Below are positions 21,836 to 29,603 of a stretch of DNA of 43,978 nucleotides, piece after piece. The first letter of the stretch is position 1, and every line of letters begins with the position of its first letter. Source of the DNA: a virus; IMG/VR virus record IMGVR_UViG_3300021387_000103, positions 1 to 43,978 of that record; one strand, 5' to 3'. The notes under the pieces are model-generated. The model searched no databases. It was not told the origin of the DNA and saw nothing but the letters and a program-made list of their open reading frames with translations. The position numbers and the translations under genes were made by a program.

Positions 21836-21920
21836 TATCTTTGTTGCGTCCTCTTACCATCGTATCGCCATTTATGGTATTCAAGACGCCGCGCCCGGGC
21901 TTTTCCGGGTGCGTTTTTTT
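21836..21920 (+). ncRNA. candidate short plus-strand transcript: TATCTTTG box (21836..21843), ~45 nt, terminator GCGCCCGG-GCTTTT-CCGGGTGC-G-T7 (21891..21920)
   Basis: Box plus the next 5 nt (TATCTTTGTTGCG) are identical to P_D. No ORF over 16 codons. The terminator also ends the 21662..21805 gene and faces the end of the minus operon. Confidence 0.35.
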
Positions 21921-22176
21921 ATAGGACTTGCGCACACTCATACGCGAACCGTTCCCGGGCCGACCAATGGCACATCGCCATAATTCGGTTTTCTTCCTTT
22001 TGCGCTTCTATTTCATCCCATACCGACCAACCCTTTGATGAATACGGAAACGGGTATGCCTTTTTGAATTTGCGCAATGATGTATAACGCGGGAATGGTC
22101 GCAAACGGTCGTTTTTATTAGTTACATATTGGCAACCATCAACGGCAATTGGACGCAATTTTGGTTTCTTTTTCAT
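21919..22176 (-). CDS. hypothetical protein (85 aa)
   Basis: ORF track. Confidence 0.5.
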   Translation of the reverse strand: MKKKPKLRPIAVDGCQYVTNKNDRLRPFPRYTSLRKFKKAYPFPYSSKGWSVWDEIEAQKEENRIMAMCHWSARERFAYECAQVL

Positions 22177-22193
22177 ATCACAATGTTTTTATC

Positions 22194-22481
22194 TTATCGC
22201 AAATTTGGGGTTGTCTTTGATCCGCCACAAAAAACGGCTAAATCAACAAGCGAACGTTGGTTTTCCAGCCCCTTCGGCATTACGACAACGGCCGTGCGGT
22301 CGGAACTGTCAAAGATGAAATATTGAGGATATGAACGGCGCATCAATTCAAAATGAAAGATGCCCGGCCCGGAATCGTTAGGAAATGAAAAGGCCAAAAC
22401 GTCGCATTCTTCCAGCGTCTTGCCCTTTTCATTCAGAATTGCGCAGTATTGATCCAACCGGCTTTTACTTTTCTTCGCCAT
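22194..22481 (-). CDS. hypothetical protein (95 aa from MAKKSKSRL)
   Basis: Track ORF trimmed to the second ATG. Confidence 0.5.
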   Translation of the reverse strand: MAKKSKSRLDQYCAILNEKGKTLEECDVLAFSFPNDSGPGIFHFELMRRSYPQYFIFDSSDRTAVVVMPKGLENQRSLVDLAVFCGGSKTTPNLR

Positions 22482-22689
22482 AACTCTTATTGACACAAAT
22501 AGCGACAACGGCCGCGATTACTAAAATAATATATTCCATAAGTAATGATTATTTATGATGTAAAACTGAATCAATTACCCGTTTGGCCCATTAAAGCGAC
22601 GGAACCCATTTGTTGCCGGTTGCCCGGTTCCGGTTGAAAACCTCAACGACCGACGCCGGATTTCCAAATTTGAATTTTTGCATATCTGT

Positions 22690-22863
22690 TTATTTTTGGT
22701 TGTTTTCATCAATGAATTGTAACAATCCCTTGAACGCATCTTGCGCACCCATCAACCGCCAATGCCGTTCCAAATCTTCCGGCGATTGGCCAATTAACGC
22801 ATCGTGGATGAATGATTGCCGCCGGGCAATTTCCTTACGTATATCTTCAACGGTTATTTTCAT
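22690..22863 (-). CDS. hypothetical protein, 57 aa (below track cutoff)
   Basis: Hand translation MKITVEDIRKEIARRQSFIHDALIGQSPEDLERHWRLMGAQDAFKGLLQFIDENNQK. The ATG overlaps the end of the HNH gene. Confidence 0.5.
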   Translation of the reverse strand: MKITVEDIRKEIARRQSFIHDALIGQSPEDLERHWRLMGAQDAFKGLLQFIDENNQK

Positions 22864-23374
22864 ATTTGTAAATAATTCCTTTTCGGGTTGGGTTTCCTTT
22901 TAACCAATAATTCATTCTATTTGAACTTGTTTTATTGGCAATTATCGCATTTTTTAACGATTCATACCGTGTAATAATCCCGTTTTCGATTTTTAAGACG
23001 GCGCGTTTATAATGTTGACGCAAACCCATTCTTTGCGCGTGTTGGATATTCTCTTTTGGTGTTACCCATTCAAGATTTGACAAATTATTGTTTAATTTGT
23101 TTCCGTCTTTGTGGTTAACCTGTAATCCATCCGGGTTGTAATCAAATGATTCCAAAACAATACGGTGTACCGTGTGGGTCGTTCTTTGTTTATTTTTTTG
23201 CAAGGCAACGCACATATAACCGTATCGGTCAATGTATTGTGACAATTCGCGTTCTTTGACGGGCAACATACCATTACGTGAACGCAATACAATTCGGGCA
23301 ACACTTTTAATTCGTCCGGTATTCGATACGATATATAAACCATCGTATCCATAAACGGGTTTCCATATTTCCAT
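22847..23374 (-). CDS. free-standing HNH homing endonuclease (NUMOD4-like N-terminus plus HNH_3 core)
   Basis: WKPVYGYDGLYIVSNTGRIKS; VNHKDGNKLNNNLSNLEWVTPKENIQH. Confidence 0.85.
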   Translation of the reverse strand: MEIWKPVYGYDGLYIVSNTGRIKSVARIVLRSRNGMLPVKERELSQYIDRYGYMCVALQKNKQRTTHTVHRIVLESFDYNPDGLQVNHKDGNKLNNNLSNLEWVTPKENIQHAQRMGLRQHYKRAVLKIENGIITRYESLKNAIIANKTSSNRMNYWLKGNPTRKGIIYKYENNR

Positions 23375-23485
23375 AACACAAAAAACGCCCCGTATTTCAT
23401 CCCACGTTTTGCCCCCGTGGAATTACTTTACAGGGCATTAAATTTCTATTCGGTTGGGGCAAACAACCTTTCGGGTGCAAATATA
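23375..23485 (-). promoter_or_regulatory. TATATTTG box (23478..23485) and ~95-nt structured leader ending in CGGGGCG-T6 (23380..23392), 5 nt before the HNH ATG
   Basis: Local hairpin CCACG-ggggcaaaa-CGTGG. Long-range GCCCC (comp. of 23456..23460) can pair with GGGGC (comp. of 23387..23391). Confidence 0.4.
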
Positions 23486-23493
23486 ATAATTTT

Positions 23494-23727
23494 TCAATGA
23501 ACGTAAAAACTGACACGTATCCCCCGGCGCAACTTGCAAATGCATTTATCGTCCATTGATGCAAACGCCCTGTCCAAAAGACGGTTGGTTAATTCGATGT
23601 CCCCAACCATACGGATCAGCCCGGAAACGCCCACAAGCGTATTGACCTTCGAACCATCATACAACCCGGAAACCTTGATTTTGTAATTGCGGTTGATCTG
23701 TCTTGTTGTGTACTTTAATGTTGCCAT
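23494..23727 (-). CDS. hypothetical protein (77 aa), first ORF after promoter P_C
   Basis: Track ORF trimmed to MATLKYTT. The ATG lies 17 nt after leader hairpin 2. Confidence 0.5.
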   Translation of the reverse strand: MATLKYTTRQINRNYKIKVSGLYDGSKVNTLVGVSGLIRMVGDIELTNRLLDRAFASMDDKCICKLRRGIRVSFYVH

Positions 23728-23744
23728 TGCTTTCTTTCTTCTAT

Positions 23745-23819
23745 CGCGGAACCGGCCGCGTCCGTCGGGCCACATCCTTGACCCGCAACAAAGGTACGCA
23801 TTTATTTTTAATTTCCAAA
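23745..23819 (-). promoter_or_regulatory. Promoter P_C (TTTG 23816..23819, 19-nt spacer, TACCTTTG 23789..23796) plus conserved two-hairpin leader (23745..23784)
   Basis: Minus strand TACCTTTGttgcGGGTCaaggatgtGGCCCgacggaCGCGGccggttCCGCGatagaagaaagaaagcaATG. Confidence 0.75.
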
Positions 23820-23976
23820 AGTTTTTTTTTAATTCTTCACTTTTTTGTCATTCAAAAGTTAATTTTTCGTTTTCTTCGATTTAAGACACTTTTTCGCGCT
23901 GGATGGTAAATTATACCGCCCCGGGGCAAAAATGCCCGGAAATCGCCTAAAATTGGCCATTCCGGGAATGCCACAT

Positions 23977-24050
23977 AAAAAACCCGCCGTATTTCTCAAC
24001 AGGGCGGGCGGTTCTTCAAACAACTATAAGTATTATCCGATACAAAGATA
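23977..24050 (-). ncRNA. candidate short transcription unit Y: TATCTTTG box (24043..24050), ~35 nt, terminator CCCGCC-14 nt-GGCGGG-U6 (23977..24008)
   Basis: Paralogous to unit X in layout, in TCGGAT after the box, and in its 14-nt loop. The stem differs by a compensatory swap. Confidence 0.35.
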
Positions 24051-24051
24051 C

Positions 24052-24084
24052 AAAAAAAATCCGGCGCGTATCACTACGGGCCGG
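24052..24084 (-). terminator. intrinsic terminator ending the structural/lysis operon
   Basis: Minus strand CCGGCCCG-tagtgata-CGCGCCGG (one mismatch), then A and U8. Confidence 0.7.
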
Positions 24085-24140
24085 CATGGGCAAAAACTAT
24101 TGGTATAATGTAAAAAAGTATTATGCAATGGCAAATATAA

Positions 24141-24746
24141 TTATTTTTCGATAGTTACAAAATCAATTCCCAATATCGTTGTATGAGGATTGCGCGAAAC
24201 GACATCCACGCGCCGATCGGCGATCTTGCGGGTTTTCCACAAAAAACCCATGAACCGTTTATATTTCACCGATTCGGCCAACAACAACGAATCGCGGTTG
24301 TGCAACGTTCCCGTAAATTCGTCGGCGGTTAACGTTCCATAAAAATCGAACCATTCATCGCCACAAGCGACGGCAATTGCCGGGACTTTGACCGAATCAC
24401 GAATAATGACCGTATCTTTCGGCGTTGCCCGTAATTCAATGATCGTTTGCGATTGCGTCTTGTTTACGGATGCCAAATCACGGTTTTTGGCCTTTAATTG
24501 CTGGATGATCGCCGCATCTTCCGCCCGGAACCGTTCAAATTCCTTGATGGTTAATTCCAGCGATTGCACCCGGGCCGCGCTCAATGAATCGAAAACCATG
24601 TAACGTTCGACATCTTCCAACAATGTTTCCGCATTGTTCCGGTAACGATCGCGTTCAGCCGTTAACCGGTCAATCTTTTTGTCCGCCCACCATACGGCGA
24701 ACAGGGCGGCCAAGATGAACGCCGCCAAAATTAGATATTTCTTCAT
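24141..24746 (-). CDS. spanin-like / lysis-associated membrane protein
   Basis: N-terminal TM LILAAFILAALFAVWW and a coiled-coil region. Last gene of the holin-amidase block. Confidence 0.5.
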   Translation of the reverse strand: MKKYLILAAFILAALFAVWWADKKIDRLTAERDRYRNNAETLLEDVERYMVFDSLSAARVQSLELTIKEFERFRAEDAAIIQQLKAKNRDLASVNKTQSQTIIELRATPKDTVIIRDSVKVPAIAVACGDEWFDFYGTLTADEFTGTLHNRDSLLLAESVKYKRFMGFLWKTRKIADRRVDVVSRNPHTTILGIDFVTIEK

Positions 24747-25144
24747 TTTTCAAAACGAGTTACGCCGCCCAAACGGTCGGCCCATTTTTCAGTATAAAAC
24801 CAATAATACGAATGGCGACGATCAATTCGATGATATAACAACCAAAGGATCGAAGGAAGGCCAACAACTACCAAATACAATGGCCCAAGATAGACGGATT
24901 GGCGCGTATGGCCGTATTCATGGTTCCATGCGTCCCAATCAATCCCAAAAGGATTATTTCGGATAATAACCGTTCGGCCAAGCGAAATGCCGCCGCCGGG
25001 CATTTTACTAACGACGAAATACGGGACGCCCCGGAAACGATGTTCGCTTATAATGCGCCGCCGATACCAAAAGCGCAAGGCAAGCCCAACAAGGTTTTGC
25101 GGGGCTTGCCATATCCACAATAATATTGGAAGAATTGTTTTCAT
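24743..25144 (-). CDS. membrane protein with HExxH (HEYGH) zincin-like motif
   Basis: Hydrophobic N- and C-terminal segments (ILPILLWIW..LVGLAL; LGPLYLVVVGLPSILWLLY) flank WNHEYGHTRQS. Confidence 0.55.
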   Translation of the reverse strand: MKTILPILLWIWQAPQNLVGLALRFWYRRRIISEHRFRGVPYFVVSKMPGGGISLGRTVIIRNNPFGIDWDAWNHEYGHTRQSVYLGPLYLVVVGLPSILWLLYHRIDRRHSYYWFYTEKWADRLGGVTRFEK

Positions 25145-25641
25145 CTTTTAGCCGTACAAATTGCCATCGGAAATTCCGCCCGGACATCGAAACACGGGCA
25201 TTGTTTAACCCATTCGTTTTGCTCAATAACACCGTTGCCGTTTTTGTCCGGCGACGCGTCCCGATGCCCGATAACCTCAACAATCGGATATTTGGCGATA
25301 AGATCAAGCACTAATTCGGTCATGGCCATTTTTTGCGCATCCGTCCGCGTGTCGGCCGGGTTGCCATTTTTGTCAAGGCCACCAACGTAACAAATGCCGA
25401 TTGAATGTTTGTTGTAAGGTTTCCCGGACAATCCCGCCGTGTTACAATGCGCCCCGTCCCGGGACAAAGGGCGGCCCACCTCAACCGTGCCGTCAAGATC
25501 AACGACAAAGTTGTAACCAATCATGGCAAAACCGCGTTCTTTGTGCCATTTGTCAATGTCGGCCGCCCGGACGTCTTGGCCCGCCCGGGTTGCCGAACAA
25601 TGTATAATGATTGCGTCAATTGTTTTCATGCTTGATTTCAT
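25141..25641 (-). CDS. N-acetylmuramoyl-L-alanine amidase endolysin (Amidase_2/PGRP fold)
   Basis: IIIHCSAT, GYNFVV, DGAHC, SIGICYVGG. Start ambiguous (25680, 25641 or 25629). Confidence 0.85.
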   Translation of the reverse strand: MKSSMKTIDAIIIHCSATRAGQDVRAADIDKWHKERGFAMIGYNFVVDLDGTVEVGRPLSRDGAHCNTAGLSGKPYNKHSIGICYVGGLDKNGNPADTRTDAQKMAMTELVLDLIAKYPIVEVIGHRDASPDKNGNGVIEQNEWVKQCPCFDVRAEFPMAICTAKR

Positions 25642-26095
25642 TTTTTGCGCCGTCGAAATCGATGCCGGTCTGATCCTCAACCTTTAGTTTCATGAACTGA
25701 CGCAACCATCGGAAAATCGGATGATCAGATATGACCGCCGCGTTTTCAAGAAATGACCAAAATTCGACCCCGCAACAAAATGCCGTGAAATAGTTGGCGA
25801 ACCGTAACCGTGTTTCCTCCGCAATGATTGCATCCAGCATTTCAGCCAATACAACGCCGATAAGGATGAACACGAATTTATAAATCGTTCGCCATGCCTT
25901 GACGCTTTCAAAGGCAAATTTTTGATGGTTACGATGTGCAACAACGCCCGATTTAATGCAACCAGTCACAAAGTCAACGGCTTCAAATACTGTTACCGCC
26001 ACGAATAGCGGTAACAGGTTTTGAACGAAAGCGGCCATGAAGCCAGCGACCAATCCGGCCACGATTTTCGCAGGGTATAAATTTAAATTAAACAT
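25616..26095 (-). CDS. putative holin
   Basis: 159 aa with 3-4 hydrophobic helices (IVAGLVAGFMAAF, LLPLFVAVTVF, FVFILIGVVLAEML). Immediately upstream of the amidase and overlapping it. Confidence 0.6.
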   Translation of the reverse strand: MFNLNLYPAKIVAGLVAGFMAAFVQNLLPLFVAVTVFEAVDFVTGCIKSGVVAHRNHQKFAFESVKAWRTIYKFVFILIGVVLAEMLDAIIAEETRLRFANYFTAFCCGVEFWSFLENAAVISDHPIFRWLRQFMKLKVEDQTGIDFDGAKNEIKHENN

Positions 26096-26096
26096 T

Positions 26097-28727
26097 TCAA
26101 AATTCTAAAACGGCCAATCTATTTGCGACAAACGATATTACGATATTCCCATCATTGTTAACGCTCATGCCTTCAAATTCAGTATTTCGAATTTGCGAAT
26201 TTTCGAAAATCAATGTCGAAATAATCTGCTTTGCTTCATAATCATATACGACCATCCTATCATATCGCCCCGTTATTCCGCTTGGAATTTCGATATAATA
26301 GCAAAGAACATACATTTTTCCCCCTTGACAGAACGTTCCCGTTGTATGCAAATTCGGCGTCACAAACTGAAACGTATCTATCGCATCGGAAACTTGTAAC
26401 GTAACATCTTGCGTATTAATGCTCGGGACGTTGAAAATGTAATACGTTGTCCAATCGTTCATGTGAACTATTAATCGACCGGAATCATCGACAAGGAAAT
26501 GCCAAGCGTTCGCCATTGTAATCGTTTGAATTAACGAACATCCTGTAAGCGTCACACGTAAAACATAGCATTTATTTTCAAGGTACGACGACACGTATAA
26601 TAAAGGAAAATCATCCGCCGCAGAATAAAATTCGTAACCGAAATTAGCCATTCCGGCGTGGTTGTTCGGCCCTTGTACCCCTGTCGGCATTGCATAGGCT
26701 GCAACGATCGTCAATGTGTCCAAATCAAGTATCTGAATATATCCCGTATCATACGTCAGAAATGCATACTTACCGTAAATTGCAAAACCTTGTAACGAAA
26801 GGCCGTTATATGTACCAATTCCATTTACCGTTAAAATTGCTTCAACATAATTATTTTTATGGCCATAAGGTTCGATTTTACGTCCTTCATATTGCCGCGT
26901 CACACCATATAATTCGCGCGGTTGGTATTCAACCATTTCAATTCGATAATTGACTTCTTGCCCAGCGTCACCCCGCAAAACTATTCGACCCGCACACCCT
27001 TCCGGGAACGTATAGACTAAATCCTTAAATTGGCTGACATCAACGTCCTCCGTAGTGGTATTATTGATTTGCCGCAAAACAACAAAGGAAGAATCGACCT
27101 TATTATCCGCATCCGGATAATAACCTATTTGCACCTTTAACGCATTTGATAGCAACGATTTCGTAAAATTGTCAAACGTAAACAAATAACGATAGCCTGC
27201 AAGCGGCTTGAAATACGTTAGCGCATTTGTGCTAACTCCGTCCGTAACAATCGTTCCTGTCCGACCTATTTCGACGTCCTCCTGCAAATTTTGAACTGCG
27301 TTATTAAGGTCTAATACACTCTGTCCGACTTCTTTACCAACGCCAAATCGGTATGTTACCCCGGCATTAGCCGCTTTTGCATTTACGAAGAAACACAAAT
27401 ATCGCGCATTTGCCGATGCAGTAAATTTGACTTTGCGTTGAAACGGTGCGCCGTTTTGGTAAAAGATTTGTTCGATGGTCTGAATTGTTGTGCCACCTTG
27501 CGTCGCTTGATTAGAAAGCCAAATTCGAAGACCACTACTTGATGCCGACCCCGCATTAAGATTCATAATCGACGCGGCAAATTCCCGATACATCACATAT
27601 TCCTTGCCAGCCTTCAAATTACATTCGACGTATGCGAAATTATTATTCGTTGCAAGTGTCCCATCTTTTTCGGCAATCGGTGCGAAAATTTCACTTGTTA
27701 TTTCCGCTATGTCCGTAACATCTTCAATCGAGAATTCGACAACAGTTCCCAAATTTGCACGTCCGCCAACTCGCGCAACCGCTCCCGTTACATTATCCGG
27801 AATTTTAATATCGTAATACTCCGGGAAAGTCCAAGCACCAACGACACTACCGTATAAAATAGTTTCTACATTATTTGCGAAATATCCTATTGCCGTACCA
27901 TTCGCCGTTGTCCCAGTTACGTTATCGTGCGCCCATTCTTGCACCGTTGGTGTGAAGCGATAAACGTGTCCAGCCTTTAACGGAATAGTGTTTTTTGCCG
28001 ATCGCGCATAACTGTTATTATTGCCTATAAATGAAATCGTTTCTTTTAACGATTCCAAATCCGTTAAATCCTCAAAAATGAAATAAACCCTTACGCCCGA
28101 ATTCGCGCGTCCACCTATTGCCAAAAACGAACCTTCGGCCAGCGTCGCAGGCATCTCTATTTCGTACGATTCTTGCAATGCGTCCCACGTTGCCACGGTT
28201 ACTGAATATACATTCGTCGAACCGGGTTGCACGTAACCGATTCCCAATTTATTTGCCGTTGATGTTACTTGTGAATGTTCCCATTCTTTCACAAAAGGCG
28301 TCAATCTGTATTTGTGTCCGGCCTTAATTGGATAAACTTTTTCGTTGACGCCAAAAGTGTTATCGGCTCCCGTAAAGAATGGGAATGATAACGACGTTAG
28401 CGTATTTAAGGCTTGCGCCGTCGCCAATCCACTTGTATCTTTATGCCACGCGGAATCATAACGTAATATTGCAACTTCATTATCCTGTAAAACTATCCCA
28501 TTAAAATTTGCATAAGTTCCCGCCGTTCTCGCAAGATATAAAATCCGTTGATCCGGTGTCCCCGGATTAGTTGTCGGCGTTGCGATTCCCATATACTGAT
28601 AACCGGCCCCAAGGGCATCAATTATCGACATCAAAAGAGAATTTAGTAATGCGCCCGTTATTTCGTTGTTTCCGTTCGTCGTAATTATATTATTTACTGA
28701 CGATTTAAGTGTTGCATAATTGGCCAT
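26097..28727 (-). CDS. tail fibre / receptor-binding protein with tandem repeated ~95-110-aa modules
   Basis: 876 aa. Modules are marked by (I/L)KAGH(K/V)YR(L/F)TP.V.EW.H ... GGRAN.G..V.F..ED(L/V)TD. Last large gene before the lysis cassette. Confidence 0.7.
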   Translation of the reverse strand: MANYATLKSSVNNIITTNGNNEITGALLNSLLMSIIDALGAGYQYMGIATPTTNPGTPDQRILYLARTAGTYANFNGIVLQDNEVAILRYDSAWHKDTSGLATAQALNTLTSLSFPFFTGADNTFGVNEKVYPIKAGHKYRLTPFVKEWEHSQVTSTANKLGIGYVQPGSTNVYSVTVATWDALQESYEIEMPATLAEGSFLAIGGRANSGVRVYFIFEDLTDLESLKETISFIGNNNSYARSAKNTIPLKAGHVYRFTPTVQEWAHDNVTGTTANGTAIGYFANNVETILYGSVVGAWTFPEYYDIKIPDNVTGAVARVGGRANLGTVVEFSIEDVTDIAEITSEIFAPIAEKDGTLATNNNFAYVECNLKAGKEYVMYREFAASIMNLNAGSASSSGLRIWLSNQATQGGTTIQTIEQIFYQNGAPFQRKVKFTASANARYLCFFVNAKAANAGVTYRFGVGKEVGQSVLDLNNAVQNLQEDVEIGRTGTIVTDGVSTNALTYFKPLAGYRYLFTFDNFTKSLLSNALKVQIGYYPDADNKVDSSFVVLRQINNTTTEDVDVSQFKDLVYTFPEGCAGRIVLRGDAGQEVNYRIEMVEYQPRELYGVTRQYEGRKIEPYGHKNNYVEAILTVNGIGTYNGLSLQGFAIYGKYAFLTYDTGYIQILDLDTLTIVAAYAMPTGVQGPNNHAGMANFGYEFYSAADDFPLLYVSSYLENKCYVLRVTLTGCSLIQTITMANAWHFLVDDSGRLIVHMNDWTTYYIFNVPSINTQDVTLQVSDAIDTFQFVTPNLHTTGTFCQGGKMYVLCYYIEIPSGITGRYDRMVVYDYEAKQIISTLIFENSQIRNTEFEGMSVNNDGNIVISFVANRLAVLEF

Positions 28728-28730
28728 AAC

Positions 28731-29603
28731 TTATTGATTGTTAAAATCATTATTAAAATCATCATTGAAATCGCCGCGTAAGGCTTTAATATAGCCAACG
28801 CCCAATTTCTTTGCGACCGTTGCCGTATCAAATTCGGCTTCAACAACAGCCACATCGCCGTTATCTTCCCAAGTCGGCGTCATCAAGAATGTGTCAAGAC
28901 TATAAATTTGTCCATGATAAGTTATTTGCGCGAAATCCGACATTCGAACAAAGCGCAATACGTCCAACAAGTATTCGGGTGCAAAGAAATTGAACCGATA
29001 ACGCTTTTCCGAAATTTGCTTGGTAGGGAAAAAATAACCATCTCGACTTTCCCCTTCTTCCTCGAAAATATATTCCGGTTTTGCTATATCTGAAGGCAAA
29101 TAAAGCACATTTTTGAATTGTGTCCCGTTGTTATATTTATAAACAATCCGCCCCGCATCCATTACGAAATCGTCAACATCCCACCATTCTAATTTCAAAT
29201 ACGGCTCGATGTCATTAACAACCGTAAAAATTTCGGAAAACCAAACGACGTTGCCATCCGTATAACGCAAATAATATTGTCCGTTATCCATCGCCGTAAA
29301 AATCGGCGCTTGCCCCCCGAATACGATAACATCATATCCCAATGATGTAAAAGTTACCAACTTTATACCGCCTTCGTTCAAATTATTCGTAATCGTTTCG
29401 ATATATGTTCCATCCGATTTATAAAGACGACAATTCGATAAGGCGTGCCAACCGGAATGTTTGCGCAAAATTTGGAACGGCGGCAAATAGCCCGCCGGAA
29501 CATACAACGGATAAACCCTATTATACACCCACCATTTGCGGGCGTTTTGCTGGTCTAACGACTCATAAAACGGCAATACGGAAAAATTATTATTCGGTAT
29601 CAT
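28731..29603 (-). CDS. tail/baseplate-associated protein (by position)
   Basis: 290 aa between the large tail protein and the fibre. Low-complexity end DFNDDFNNDFNNQ. Confidence 0.55.
   Translation of the reverse strand: MIPNNNFSVLPFYESLDQQNARKWWVYNRVYPLYVPAGYLPPFQILRKHSGWHALSNCRLYKSDGTYIETITNNLNEGGIKLVTFTSLGYDVIVFGGQAPIFTAMDNGQYYLRYTDGNVVWFSEIFTVVNDIEPYLKLEWWDVDDFVMDAGRIVYKYNNGTQFKNVLYLPSDIAKPEYIFEEEGESRDGYFFPTKQISEKRYRFNFFAPEYLLDVLRFVRMSDFAQITYHGQIYSLDTFLMTPTWEDNGDVAVVEAEFDTATVAKKLGVGYIKALRGDFNDDFNNDFNNQ

Noticed and set aside
21660-21941. Minus-strand 93-aa ORF overlapping the plus-strand gene and terminator
   Set aside because: It spans a plus-strand promoter box, a hairpin and the bidirectional terminator. 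The plus-strand 47-aa ORF has proper signals, and the composition of this ORF is not protein-like.
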